Of a DNA stretch of 64,000 nt, positions 19,742 to 29,591 are shown in pieces (position 1 is the stretch's first letter; every line of letters starts with the position of its first letter). Origin of the DNA: a virus; IMG/VR virus record IMGVR_UViG_3300042013_000045, positions 108,838-172,837 of that record; one strand, given 5' to 3'. The notes beneath the pieces were generated by a model. The model saw only the letters and a program-made list of their open reading frames with translations, did not search any database and was not told the origin of the DNA. Position numbers and translations under genes: made by a program.

Positions 19742-20752
19742 TTAGTTGTGGACGTCGACAGCCGTGACTACGGTGCCCTTGTCAATATTGCGGATACGTT
19801 TCAAGACCTCTTTGACTTCTGCATCGTCAGGATGCTCAAAGAAACTCCAGTCGTACACCGTACTTTGTGTGAACACACCATTCTTATCTGCGCTGTAGCC
19901 TTCTTCGTAGAAGACCCCGATGGCTGGCACGTAAGTACGAGCAGCAGCATAACGAATGAGTTGGCGGCGAGACATGCCAGCAACGTCGTACGGAGAGAAC
20001 AACCCATCCATCCAATCCGGCAGTAACTTGTGGGCGATGTCTATTACCCGTTTGTGCCATGCGTCATATTCGACATGGTCAAACGAGTAGTAGCGTGCAC
20101 CCTTAGGCAAGTTCATTCGTTTGAGGATGTTGGCTACGGGTTCCAACGTTGGATCGGCTTTATGGATAACCTCCCATACTGCCAATGCCTGCTTGACCCG
20201 TTCCTGTTTAGCCTTCTTCCACTCGATGCTACCGAAAGCGACTGACGTGAAACGACCGGCCTTTTTGCTTTCCAGTTCACCTTTATCCACCGCCCAGCTG
20301 ACTTCAGCAGGTCCAACAACGTCGGTGAGTGCTTCCCAAGGTTTGACCTCGAACTGGATCGGCCAACGACCCCCAATAACCCACCAGTCCCAGAACGCAC
20401 GAGAGACCACGATCTTGGCAGTAGCTGCTTTGCTATCCAAGTCATAGGCAACAACGAACGCATCCAGTTCCCGGATAGACCCTACGTCGATCCAATCGTA
20501 CGCATTGTCCACCAGGATGATGGGACGACACTTGTTGTAGTTGGCCGTCTTGTCCGTGATCTTGCGGAACGCGGTGATCATGTCGAAGAGGGTGGTCTCC
20601 AACGTCATCACCGGCACATTCTCCAGTACAACAAGTTCAGGACGAAGTCCGCCCGTCTCTGGACATTCCCAGTTCTCGTTATAAGGTTTCATGACGCGGG
20701 CCAAAGTCTCTTTGTCCTTTGGCCCGTACACGTAAGTCAAGTAGTGAGACAT
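19742..20752 (-). CDS. Conserved phage hypothetical protein (WDWxxxGGRW family)
   Basis: MSHYL start, WDWWVIGGRW motif, C-terminal VDVHN. Confidence 0.8.
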   Translation of the reverse strand: MSHYLTYVYGPKDKETLARVMKPYNENWECPETGGLRPELVVLENVPVMTLETTLFDMITAFRKITDKTANYNKCRPIILVDNAYDWIDVGSIRELDAFVVAYDLDSKAATAKIVVSRAFWDWWVIGGRWPIQFEVKPWEALTDVVGPAEVSWAVDKGELESKKAGRFTSVAFGSIEWKKAKQERVKQALAVWEVIHKADPTLEPVANILKRMNLPKGARYYSFDHVEYDAWHKRVIDIAHKLLPDWMDGLFSPYDVAGMSRRQLIRYAAARTYVPAIGVFYEEGYSADKNGVFTQSTVYDWSFFEHPDDAEVKEVLKRIRNIDKGTVVTAVDVHN

Positions 20753-20759
20753 GGATCAC

Positions 20760-21536
20760 CTATCGGCAAAACGTACTCGCATTCAGAACGACAGACCGCT
20801 TGTCGAATGTGATCACGTAGGTTTCAGCAACCGGCAGGACTTCTTTGCCGAGTTCGCCATTGGAGATGTACTTGGACGTAGGACCATCAGGACCGCCGAG
20901 GCTGGCGATGACCATAGCGCTGCCCTTGATGTCCAGTTCGGTCTTGACCTGCGTTTCGTCGTTATGAGCCCAACGCACCCCGAGCATTTCGTTCTGGGTG
21001 TAGGAGTAATAACGCGTGCCGGTCAGACGGACTTGTTTGTCAGCAGTCTCGAAGAAGCAGATACGAGGCTCGACGACATAGGTGTGCTTACGCACGGTGT
21101 ACTGCCAGTACAACAGAGCACCAGCGGCCAACACAGCTAGGAAGCAAATGAACTTGATCCAGTTCCACATGCGACGAGCACGAGCCTTCAGACTACGGTC
21201 TTTGACCTTCCCACGCGCTGCTTCACCAGCATCAAGTTTGTACGGACGCTGCACGCCATGTGGCGCACTGAAAGGAGCATGACTTGGAGGAAGTTCCAGG
21301 GGACCCGGCTCTGGTTCCGGCATCATCCGGGCGTCGAACTCTTTCGGGTCGTTGGACGGTTTACCGTCCACCTGACCAGATGCAGGGTCTGTAGGCTCAG
21401 GGACCGGGAAGCTCTCTTTGCGGATGTTGTGCGGATTGGCCGGGTCAAGCGTCAGGTCACTGCCGACGTAGATGCCTACTTGCTCAGGGGTTACTTCATC
21501 AGCGAGGGCACGTGGTGGCTTGATGTCTGTGGTCAT
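20760..21536 (-). CDS. Single-pass membrane protein
   Basis: Pro-rich N-terminus, TM FICFLAVLAAGALLYW. Confidence 0.75.
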   Translation of the reverse strand: MTTDIKPPRALADEVTPEQVGIYVGSDLTLDPANPHNIRKESFPVPEPTDPASGQVDGKPSNDPKEFDARMMPEPEPGPLELPPSHAPFSAPHGVQRPYKLDAGEAARGKVKDRSLKARARRMWNWIKFICFLAVLAAGALLYWQYTVRKHTYVVEPRICFFETADKQVRLTGTRYYSYTQNEMLGVRWAHNDETQVKTELDIKGSAMVIASLGGPDGPTSKYISNGELGKEVLPVAETYVITFDKRSVVLNASTFCR

Positions 21537-21587
21537 GGTTAGCTTCCTTGATAGAGTGTTGGTAAACGCGGGTTGTACAGCAGCGGA

Positions 21588-22109
21588 TTACTCCGCCGGT
21601 GCTTCTTCTATTGGCTTGTGGAGTTCGGTCACGATGAGTGTATCGTAGAACTCGCTGAACGCTGGGTTGAATGCCCGTACCTTGTCGATACGCTCTTGAG
21701 AGAAGTTGTCAACCTTCATTACCCACCGCAGGACTGCAAGGCCAACGAACTGCTCTTTCCACAGAGCGGCAACTGCTTCGTGGACATCGTACGGCTGGTA
21801 CTTGAAGTTCAAGTACTGGTTCATCTGGAGGTAAGCTTTACTGTCCAGCACGTTCTTCTCACCGTACAGGAACGTAACCAGAGCATGTACCGATGAACTG
21901 ATCCTGATACGGTTAGCGAAGTGATGATCAAACTTCATCTGGCTCAGATGAAAGTTAGGATCGCCCTTAGGTTCGTGACCCCATGCTTTCCACCAGAGAC
22001 GGCGGAAGAAGTCTTGGGTAGGGAACCAGACCTTCATGAACAGGACGACGCAGTACACGAAGATGAAATGCAGGGTAGCGTGTACGACTTTCTCTTTGAG
22101 CGTTGCCAT
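21588..22109 (-). CDS. Membrane-anchored hypothetical protein
   Basis: N-terminal TM. Confidence 0.7.
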   Translation of the reverse strand: MATLKEKVVHATLHFIFVYCVVLFMKVWFPTQDFFRRLWWKAWGHEPKGDPNFHLSQMKFDHHFANRIRISSSVHALVTFLYGEKNVLDSKAYLQMNQYLNFKYQPYDVHEAVAALWKEQFVGLAVLRWVMKVDNFSQERIDKVRAFNPAFSEFYDTLIVTELHKPIEEAPAE

Positions 22110-22125
22110 GGGTTGAGACCTCAGG

Positions 22126-22761
22126 TTACTTGCTGTGACGAATCAGGGAGTCGTAGATCTGACCCGCTTCAAGGTTAGGGATAGCTGCGCGGTGCGCTGC
22201 CAAGGCACTGCGGACAGCCATTTGAATCTGACTGCACACGTAGTCGACTTCCAGTCCACCAGTACCAACTCCCATCAAGGGGATCAGTACGTTGACGGTG
22301 TCGGTACGCCGAAGGAGAGGTGATTGAATCAGCTCAATCAAACCGGCGCGGGTAGCGAGGTATGGAACGTCGCTGTCTTTCGGCAGTTTGGTTGGCACGC
22401 GCATTGTAGGGGCGTAAGCACAGACAGGAATGTTCAGCCCACCTGTCTCAACAACAACGGCACTGCCAACGTTCAGTTCCCCGTAGTGCCATTGACGGAT
22501 ACGGTTCTTGACGTTTGCCTGGATCGCCGGACCGAACGCATCCACCAGCCCCTGGTCGAAACCACCGTCCATCTGACCGTAACTGTTACCCGGTGCGATG
22601 ACCGCATCGAATTCAGCGTGGGACAAAGGTTTGTTGGTGACGCGCAGGTCTGCACCTTCGTTAGTAAGGATCATCAGGTAGCGATTACTACAGATGTAGT
22701 CCTGTACCTTCAACTGACTGTCGCGAGTGTGGCAGTAGATTGTGGCGATGATGTTGGTCAT
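22126..22761 (-). CDS. Macro-domain (ADP-ribose binding/hydrolase) protein
   Basis: AVIAPGNSYGQMDGGFD, APTMRVP, IPLMGVGTGG. Confidence 0.9.
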   Translation of the reverse strand: MTNIIATIYCHTRDSQLKVQDYICSNRYLMILTNEGADLRVTNKPLSHAEFDAVIAPGNSYGQMDGGFDQGLVDAFGPAIQANVKNRIRQWHYGELNVGSAVVVETGGLNIPVCAYAPTMRVPTKLPKDSDVPYLATRAGLIELIQSPLLRRTDTVNVLIPLMGVGTGGLEVDYVCSQIQMAVRSALAAHRAAIPNLEAGQIYDSLIRHSK

Positions 22762-23213
22762 TGGGCTTTCTCTTTGCATTCAGGTTTAGTGACGAGCCAG
22801 CCTTCGGAGATACGACGCTGGACAGTCTCGAGGGTTTGTACGGTGTCAGACCATACGACCGGATCGCCCGCAGTGGTCGTGCCGTGTTTGAACAACTTGA
22901 CCCAGAAGAACTTGTTGAACGCTTCAAGGGTGACTTGGATCTCACCTTCACGAAGCTGTGGACCGATGAACCCCTTGTACTCACCTTCCGCCACCATGAG
23001 GTGAGGAATCATGCACCGCAGCAGTTGACTGTAGGCGAAGTGGATGTTGTACAACTTGCCGTCAATGTAGATCGGAATCTCTTCCTCACCGTCCCTCGTT
23101 GGTACAGGCGGTAAAGCGCCGCACTGAAGCTCGATGAAGTGGTGGTTGTAGATGAAGAGCGTGTCAGAGCGCAAGGTAGGCTTACTGACTTTGAGCGTCA
23201 TGAGTTCCGTCAT
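22758..23213 (-). CDS. Hypothetical protein
   Basis: 151 aa, AAGGA RBS. Confidence 0.7.
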   Translation of the reverse strand: MTELMTLKVSKPTLRSDTLFIYNHHFIELQCGALPPVPTRDGEEEIPIYIDGKLYNIHFAYSQLLRCMIPHLMVAEGEYKGFIGPQLREGEIQVTLEAFNKFFWVKLFKHGTTTAGDPVVWSDTVQTLETVQRRISEGWLVTKPECKEKAQ

Positions 23214-23222
23214 GATGATTCC

Positions 23223-23471
23223 TTACAGGTCAACGACGATGGTGATGAACTTCTTGCCCGTGGGGTTGGTACGCTTCCAGTGTACGACCATGCCGTTGAC
23301 ACTGATGTTGAAGTCATCACTGTGGAACTCACGCAGGACTTCTTCATTGATCACGATTGGGGTCATGCGACCGACCACGGCAAGCTTCTGCACTTGCTGA
23401 CGGACATTGATGAAGCCGTCGTTACTGGCGTCAACTTCGAGCGACAAGGACGAGACACGTACGTTATTCAT
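23223..23471 (-). CDS. Hypothetical protein
   Basis: 82 aa, AAGGA RBS. Confidence 0.7.
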   Translation of the reverse strand: MNNVRVSSLSLEVDASNDGFINVRQQVQKLAVVGRMTPIVINEEVLREFHSDDFNISVNGMVVHWKRTNPTGKKFITIVVDL

Positions 23472-23484
23472 GGATGCGATCCTT

Positions 23485-24006
23485 CTAGTTGAGTACAGGG
23501 GATTTGAGGCCGGGTGGAGTGAACTCCAGCATGCCCACAGACTTCACCAAACAATCACCTTTGCCAAAGATGACTGTAGGTACCGGGTAGTTGCCACCAG
23601 TGCTCACATGAGCCTCGTAGCCCCAGCTGATGAACTTCTCGATGACGAAGTTGTACTGGTCGATGATCTCAGGAGCCAACCACGTAAAACGTTGCATGGC
23701 TTCTTTGAGCTTCTCTGCTTTGAACAGATGGAACTGTACTTTATCGTTCAAGCACTGACTGTGTACGATAGACAGTTCTTTAGCCAGACACAGTTTCAAT
23801 GTCGAACCGCCGACATCCCAACCGATCATGACTTCGTTGATAGCAGCGTCGTCATCAAATATTGGGGTAAAGCTCCCCTTGTGCATGCGGATAGCGTCGT
23901 TGTCTTCCAGCGACGAGTTGATCATATCCCAGCAGGCTTCGATGAACGGGATGTCAACTGTACGGTACAACGTCATATTGGCAACATCGGCAAACTTAGC
24001 GGACAC
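23485..24006 (-). CDS. Hypothetical early protein
   Basis: 173 aa, GTG start, AAGGAGAG RBS, TACATT at 24042-24047. Confidence 0.75.
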   Translation of the reverse strand: MSAKFADVANMTLYRTVDIPFIEACWDMINSSLEDNDAIRMHKGSFTPIFDDDAAINEVMIGWDVGGSTLKLCLAKELSIVHSQCLNDKVQFHLFKAEKLKEAMQRFTWLAPEIIDQYNFVIEKFISWGYEAHVSTGGNYPVPTVIFGKGDCLVKSVGMLEFTPPGLKSPVLN

Positions 24007-24071
24007 TAGCCTCTCCTTTAGAGGGTTTATACTACAAGGATAATGTATGTTTATTATCTTTTACAAGAAAG

Positions 24072-24109
24072 CGGCATAACTCCCCCTCACCATCAAGTGA
24101 GGGGGAGTC
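24072..24109 (-). terminator. Hairpin terminator + TATGCCG
   Basis: actccccctcac-catcaa-gtgagggggagt. Confidence 0.8.
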
Positions 24110-24113
24110 TGTA

Positions 24114-24731
24114 CTATCCAATCAATTCAAGCACTGGTCGCCATGCAACGTTAGCACCATTCGCATTCCTATCCCCGTAGGTCCAGGATTCAATGGTGTT
24201 ACCCCGCATCGCAGCGTAGAAATCGCCACGCGGTTCTTGTACCCAGCTAAGCATAGCGGGAATGTCCAACTGGGCTTCGGTGTAATCATCCCACTTTGCC
24301 AACCCGGCAGTAGGTTTCACACAGACCCGGTACAGCAGCTGGTTCCATTCGGAGGCATCCTGGGAAGGTATGTTGCTTTGTAAGCCGCCCGTCATCAATC
24401 TGACTTTATACGACTTGGTCCCAATGACTACAGTTTTACCTGCGACCAGCTGTTTGCCATTGAGCACGTTCCATGAAGTGGAATGTCTCAAGTGACGACT
24501 TGCGATAAACAGTGTCTTACCCAAGTGTGCAAACTGAAGCCAATCAGCTGCCGGGTTGGATGAAACTCCAGTAGCACTCATGTCGACTAACGCTGCCAGA
24601 TCAGTACCCGTGATAAGCTCAGCCGCGGGTACTGGACCGTAATAACCCAGCTGATCGTCACCAAACATCAGCGGTCTTTCTGTAGGTAGCGGGTGATAAC
24701 TCCCCGCTACTTGTAACAAACGGCTTATCAT
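24114..24731 (-). CDS. Virion structural protein (paralogue of 29588..30250)
   Basis: GYYG..., WLQFAHLGKTLFIA, YKVRLMTGG, SEWNQLLYRV, WRPVLEL; late TATG upstream. Confidence 0.75.
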   Translation of the reverse strand: MISRLLQVAGSYHPLPTERPLMFGDDQLGYYGPVPAAELITGTDLAALVDMSATGVSSNPAADWLQFAHLGKTLFIASRHLRHSTSWNVLNGKQLVAGKTVVIGTKSYKVRLMTGGLQSNIPSQDASEWNQLLYRVCVKPTAGLAKWDDYTEAQLDIPAMLSWVQEPRGDFYAAMRGNTIESWTYGDRNANGANVAWRPVLELIG

Positions 24732-24775
24732 ACTACCCTCACGTTTTATTGAACGACATACGATAAGCCTCGCCG

Positions 24776-25189
24776 TCAGCGACGACCGTAACCGAGTGAC
24801 TCGTACGGATCGTCACGCTCCACAGGCTGTTCGAATGAGCGACCTTGCATGAAGTCTAGGTTCAGTTTGGGTTCCGGGAGCACCCCTTCTGTCACCTTGC
24901 GAGAAGAGAACTGCAAGGACTTCTTGATCCAGGTCAGGTCTCGCCCATACGCAGTAGCCTTACCTTCAACGACCACGATAGCCCGACGAACGTTATAGGC
25001 ATGCAGGTACTTGAGCGCGTTTTCCAAACCACCTTTGAATACCACGGTGAAGGCCACTTCGTACATCACGTCGAGGTGCTTCACCATATCGTCCAATGGC
25101 ACTGCTGCGGTTACACCTAAGAAGTCTTGAACCTGAACAATCTCTGCCTCGTCATCAACGAGGATCAAGCTGATACCTTCACTGAGCAT
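24776..25189 (-). CDS. Hypothetical early protein
   Basis: 137 aa, AAGGA RBS, TACATTAC at 25238-25245. Confidence 0.7.
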   Translation of the reverse strand: MLSEGISLILVDDEAEIVQVQDFLGVTAAVPLDDMVKHLDVMYEVAFTVVFKGGLENALKYLHAYNVRRAIVVVEGKATAYGRDLTWIKKSLQFSSRKVTEGVLPEPKLNLDFMQGRSFEQPVERDDPYESLGYGRR

Positions 25190-25318
25190 GGGATTTTCCT
25201 TATGGAATTGTTGGCAGCTATACCATCTACGTGGCTAGTAATGTAGAACTCAAGTAATTATCAGTCGAATTCTATGATGCGTCATACCATAACCCGGCGC
25301 TATATCGAGGACACGAAC

Positions 25319-27343
25319 ATGCAACTACTGGTCCTGGCGGCCGCCATCATTAACGCACAGCGCCCCCCTGCCATTGTAAACCAATTCTGGGATGACGTTG
25401 TGGCACTGCCTGTCGTCGAGAACGGGGTTCTGTACGATTCTAAACAACCTGTGATTTCATCAAAGACCGTTACGCTGGGAACAGGACGTTTCGGTGGACA
25501 GTGCATGGTGGTCGACACCGGTCAAGCTTTTCGTTATGGTAACACCCCGTTCGTATTAGCCGGTGACTTCACCATTGAAGGACACGCTCAGTGCACCAGC
25601 AGCGTCCGCAAGAACAACTACATCTTCGACGCAGGTACAAACGGCCTCGTGCTCAAGCTGATCGGAGAGGCGTGGAAGTTGTCCAATGGCGGGGGACTCC
25701 CTATCATAGACACCGCGGTTACTACCATCCTTAACCAATGGTACCACTTTGCAGTGGTGCGCCAAGGCGCCTTGATCAAAATTTTCATTGACGGCGTGAT
25801 GATAGGACAGACTGTGTTTACAGCGGTCCTCAACGCTGCCACATTCACATGGGGTAACTACGGAGGTGGTGGTTCCTATAGCCACGAAGGTAAGCTCGAT
25901 GCGTGTCGTATCACGCTGGCGGCACGGTATACCGCGAACTTCACACCGCCGATGTCGCCGTTCCTTGCTGGGGGTCAAGAAGCGACATTCGACCCATTCT
26001 GGGATCGAACTGTTCTGTTGATCCAAGGTGGGACTGTTGGCGGTAACGCTGTCGACCTGACAGGTAAAGGGACGGTCAACAAAGTACTCAATGCCAGCGT
26101 CAGCAACACGGTAAGACGTTTTGGGGATTCTTCACTCAAGATCCCCGGTGATGCTTCGTACTTCAGTGTTGCGAACGACGATGGTAGGTTTGATTTCAAC
26201 TCTACAGACTTCACCGTCGAAGGATGGCTTTATCTGACAGCGGCCAACGGGTCAAATCAAGTGTTCGGGCGTGGCAGTGCCAGTACATACGGTGGTTACA
26301 AAGTGATGCTCGACCAAAGACGGCCGAGGATCTTCATCTCTGTTGCCGGGGCGACTAGCTGGACCGCAACAGGTTCTGTGACAGGGTCAGAGATTCCTCT
26401 TAACGTCTGGACGCACATTGCCTTGACGAGACAAGGCAGCATGATGCGACTGTACATCAACGGTGTGTTCTTGGCTCAAATGACAGTATCTACGCTGACC
26501 ACCAGTGCGATCCCCTTTACCATCGGCGCGTCAAATCTTGGGAACGAACCAACTCCTGGGTACATCGATAGTGTCAGGGTTACTCGCGGTTGTCGTTATA
26601 CAGAGAACTTCACTCCTAAACTGCTAAGCGATTTTGCGGTAAGGGGACCTAACGGGGGAGATGGTCTAGCAGGGTACGATACCTACTATGCTAACAGTGT
26701 GTTCAACGCTCGGTACATCGATAGTCTCGCTGATCGTCGTCAGACCGCCCCACCAACGTTAGTTGGGACCACCGTGGCGTTTGATAACACTCGGAAGCTA
26801 TTCGGCGAACCAACCATGACCATGACTACTGGTGCCAATGGTAACGTTGCGTACGCGGTGAATAGAGCACTGATGAACGCTCCTGACTTCACAGTAGAAG
26901 CGTGGGTCAACACTGACTACGACTCTACTCTTGCCAATGCGTGTATCGCTTCACAGTGGGATGTTTCTGCTGGTGGCGTATGGGCATTGACAGTGCGGTC
27001 GACTGCAACGGAACGTGGACGGGCTCGGTTCAACTATGCCACCGCATCGTTCATCGGCTCCACCACTGACGTCGCAGACGGTAATTGGCACCACATTGCT
27101 GTTTCACGACGGGATGGTGTAATCACGCTGTATGTCGATGGTGTAGCAGAAGCCACGGTTATTGATACACGTAACTTTAACTTCACTGGTAACCTCACTG
27201 TCGGGAAACTCGCTACCTATGCTCCGACAGCCGGATTCAGGCTGAACATCTCGGATCTTCGCATCACTGCTGGTATCAGTCGTTACAATACCAACTTCAC
27301 CCCTCCGACCGGTTTCCATCCGGTTTCTGGACTTGCAGCATAG
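25319..27343 (+). CDS. Triple LamG/concanavalin-like domain virion protein (putative receptor-binding)
   Basis: Three repeats of DFTVE.W...W.H.A..R.G....LY.DG...RIT....RY..NFTPP; start reset to ATG 25319 after GAGGA RBS. Confidence 0.85.
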   Translation: MQLLVLAAAIINAQRPPAIVNQFWDDVVALPVVENGVLYDSKQPVISSKTVTLGTGRFGGQCMVVDTGQAFRYGNTPFVLAGDFTIEGHAQCTSSVRKNNYIFDAGTNGLVLKLIGEAWKLSNGGGLPIIDTAVTTILNQWYHFAVVRQGALIKIFIDGVMIGQTVFTAVLNAATFTWGNYGGGGSYSHEGKLDACRITLAARYTANFTPPMSPFLAGGQEATFDPFWDRTVLLIQGGTVGGNAVDLTGKGTVNKVLNASVSNTVRRFGDSSLKIPGDASYFSVANDDGRFDFNSTDFTVEGWLYLTAANGSNQVFGRGSASTYGGYKVMLDQRRPRIFISVAGATSWTATGSVTGSEIPLNVWTHIALTRQGSMMRLYINGVFLAQMTVSTLTTSAIPFTIGASNLGNEPTPGYIDSVRVTRGCRYTENFTPKLLSDFAVRGPNGGDGLAGYDTYYANSVFNARYIDSLADRRQTAPPTLVGTTVAFDNTRKLFGEPTMTMTTGANGNVAYAVNRALMNAPDFTVEAWVNTDYDSTLANACIASQWDVSAGGVWALTVRSTATERGRARFNYATASFIGSTTDVADGNWHHIAVSRRDGVITLYVDGVAEATVIDTRNFNFTGNLTVGKLATYAPTAGFRLNISDLRITAGISRYNTNFTPPTGFHPVSGLAA

Positions 27344-27345
27344 AT

Positions 27346-27384
27346 AGCATATCGGGGAGAGCATTACGCTCTCCCCGATATGCC
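27346..27384. terminator. Bidirectional hairpin between convergent genes
   Basis: gcatatcggggagagc-atta-cgctctccccgatatgc; TATGC reads on both strands. Confidence 0.8.
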
Positions 27385-27390
27385 GTGTGC

Positions 27391-28356
27391 TTACTGACCT
27401 GGACGGCGGTTGTAGTTGACCAGATCGACTTGCAGCGCAATGGTCAAGTCTTTGGTGAGACCGTCGAAATGAATCTCGGCGACGCAGGTCTGGCGGTTCA
27501 CACGCACCATCAGCTTACCTTCGCCCGTTACGTGGGCGCTCATTTCAACGTAGAGACTGTCGCACTTGATGTATTTGAAATCAGTCAAACCAATCAAGTT
27601 GCCGGCAGGGTCGGAGATCTGTTTGATGCCCGCGATACCAATTGCGTCGGTGATATCTGCGTAGTCTGGCATCTGACCTTGTGCAGTCAGCAAACCGAAC
27701 AGGTTGTACTTGGTGTTGGCCAGCGGCATACGCGCAACCAGTACCTGTTCGGTGCTATCGGCAACCCACTGTCCAACCAGAAGGGAATGGTCGAACGGTT
27801 CCGCCTGAGCTTCGCGCAGCTTTTCACGCAACCACTCGTCGGAGTAACCCAGCGGTTTCACGTCAGCAATCTTCTCGACGTAACCTTGAGTGGTCTCGAC
27901 CAGGTTCGGGTCAGGTTTGAACAGTTCAGCGATGCCAGCCGGGTTGGACATCTCTTCGATACGAGCATCGAGGATTTCCAGCAACGAGACCATCACGCCG
28001 TGTTGCTTCTTCAGCAGTTCGAACTGAGCCACGGTCATGCCGAGTTGGTGTTCGGACTGGTCTTTCTTGAGAGCGAGGAAACGACCCAGTCCCACGACGC
28101 GGTCATTCAACTCAGCACGCTCAGCCAACAGACGCACTTGGAACGCTGGTAGGTGGATCACGTTACCCAGTGGAATGGAGCACGCTTCGAACGGTCCTTT
28201 CGGAGACCAGGAGATGTGGCCGGTGTCGTACTTGACAGCGTAGCCTTCGACTGGCTCGCCTTTGTAACCTTCCGGAGCGCCTTCAGGGATGTCGCCTTCG
28301 TAGCGAAGTTCCGGCCATGCAGTTACAACTTTGCGAGACAGATATTCTTGAGTCAT
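27391..28356 (-). CDS. Multidomain protein: DUF2829-associated N-domain, crAss001_48-like helical hairpin, C-terminal domain
   Basis: GYAVKYDTGHISWSPKGPFE; QVRLLAERAELNDRVVGLGRFL...LLKKQHGVM..LLEILDARI. Confidence 0.6.
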   Translation of the reverse strand: MTQEYLSRKVVTAWPELRYEGDIPEGAPEGYKGEPVEGYAVKYDTGHISWSPKGPFEACSIPLGNVIHLPAFQVRLLAERAELNDRVVGLGRFLALKKDQSEHQLGMTVAQFELLKKQHGVMVSLLEILDARIEEMSNPAGIAELFKPDPNLVETTQGYVEKIADVKPLGYSDEWLREKLREAQAEPFDHSLLVGQWVADSTEQVLVARMPLANTKYNLFGLLTAQGQMPDYADITDAIGIAGIKQISDPAGNLIGLTDFKYIKCDSLYVEMSAHVTGEGKLMVRVNRQTCVAEIHFDGLTKDLTIALQVDLVNYNRRPGQ

Positions 28357-28739
28357 CGTGTTACTCCTGTGGTCACATCTTTGCGCCATGAACTGACTGC
28401 GACACGCAGTACAAGACCAGGCACTTGTTTAAGAGCGTTGACTTTAAACACCAACGTCTCTGGGTCGATCTTCACCGAGAACGGACCATGGACATATACA
28501 CCACGATCGCCATACTCGTTATCAATGTTGTCAGTCTTGTTACCAGTGATCTCAAGCGCCTCAGAGCCATCTAGGATGGCATGAATCGCAATGGCACCTA
28601 CCGCATCGGTACGCTGGTAATCAAGCCCCTGAGCGAGCGTAACGAGGTCGTAGAAGCCATTCATCATTGGCAGGCTGACTATGATCGTCTTTACATTCGG
28701 CGGGATGGTCAGACCTTGCTGTACAATGAGTTCTGTCAT
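28353..28739 (-). CDS. Hypothetical protein sharing a domain with the C-terminus of 27391..28356
   Basis: IIVSLPMMNGFYDL...TDAVGAIAIHAI vs VLVARMPLANTKYNL...TDAIGIAGIKQI. Confidence 0.65.
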   Translation of the reverse strand: MTELIVQQGLTIPPNVKTIIVSLPMMNGFYDLVTLAQGLDYQRTDAVGAIAIHAILDGSEALEITGNKTDNIDNEYGDRGVYVHGPFSVKIDPETLVFKVNALKQVPGLVLRVAVSSWRKDVTTGVTR

Positions 28740-28934
28740 GCTACTCTCCCGGTTACACAAGATCAGATCACATCGCAATTAATAACCAGATGCGCATACG
28801 GCATACCCTCCCACCCAGCCAACATGGACCGAGTGGGAGGGCGGTAGATTGAGTTCGTGTGCCTAAAGGCGTTCGAGTCAGTACTCTACAAATAATAGTC
28901 AGGGTTGGTTTTTATTTACTATTGTTGGGTTTAC

Positions 28935-29591
28935 CTACAGCGCCTTGAAGAACTTGATGTCGCGAATCCACCCGTTGAAGAAGTTAGGTGCCGCACCGTT
29001 GATGATTTCGATGATGTCACAGCTTACATCACTGGCGCTAACCCGGCTACCTCTTAGAACATCGTTGACGTAAAACCGAGTCGTGTTATCGACAGCGGAG
29101 TGGGTGACAGCGAACTTACGCCAGGTATTCGTCGGCATCGTGACCGTATCGGCAAACATGGGTGCTGTTTCTACTTTCCACTGGTCACCGGTCATGATGA
29201 TCTTGTTGTTAGTCTGGGCGTGCTTCCAGAAGAAGAAGTTGTAGGCCGCCGAGAGAGGAGCTCTGCGCAACACGAAGATCGTCTCATGTTTGAACACCAA
29301 TGGGTTGACCATTCGAATTTCAAACTCGAACCGCCAATTCGGGGTGTTCATTAAGCGCGGCTTGCCAGGGATCACGTTCCAGGTAATCCCTTGCCCAGCG
29401 TTGACCCGTAGAGCACCCCTGCCATCAATCTGTTCAAAGATCGGTACGCCACCGGCATACCCAAACACCGTGGGGGTGGAGTTCCCTTTAGCATCGGTGT
29501 AAGTGTTGTTGAGCGAGATGTCGATGATCTGTGGGTCATCGAATGGCTTGGGTTTATAGTTCCCAGCCACTTCAAGCAAACGAGCGATCAT
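28935..29591 (-). CDS. LamG-like domain virion protein
   Basis: MIARLLEVAG N-peptide; WRKFAVT...TRFYVND...FNGWIRDIKF. Confidence 0.75.
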   Translation of the reverse strand: MIARLLEVAGNYKPKPFDDPQIIDISLNNTYTDAKGNSTPTVFGYAGGVPIFEQIDGRGALRVNAGQGITWNVIPGKPRLMNTPNWRFEFEIRMVNPLVFKHETIFVLRRAPLSAAYNFFFWKHAQTNNKIIMTGDQWKVETAPMFADTVTMPTNTWRKFAVTHSAVDNTTRFYVNDVLRGSRVSASDVSCDIIEIINGAAPNFFNGWIRDIKFFKAL

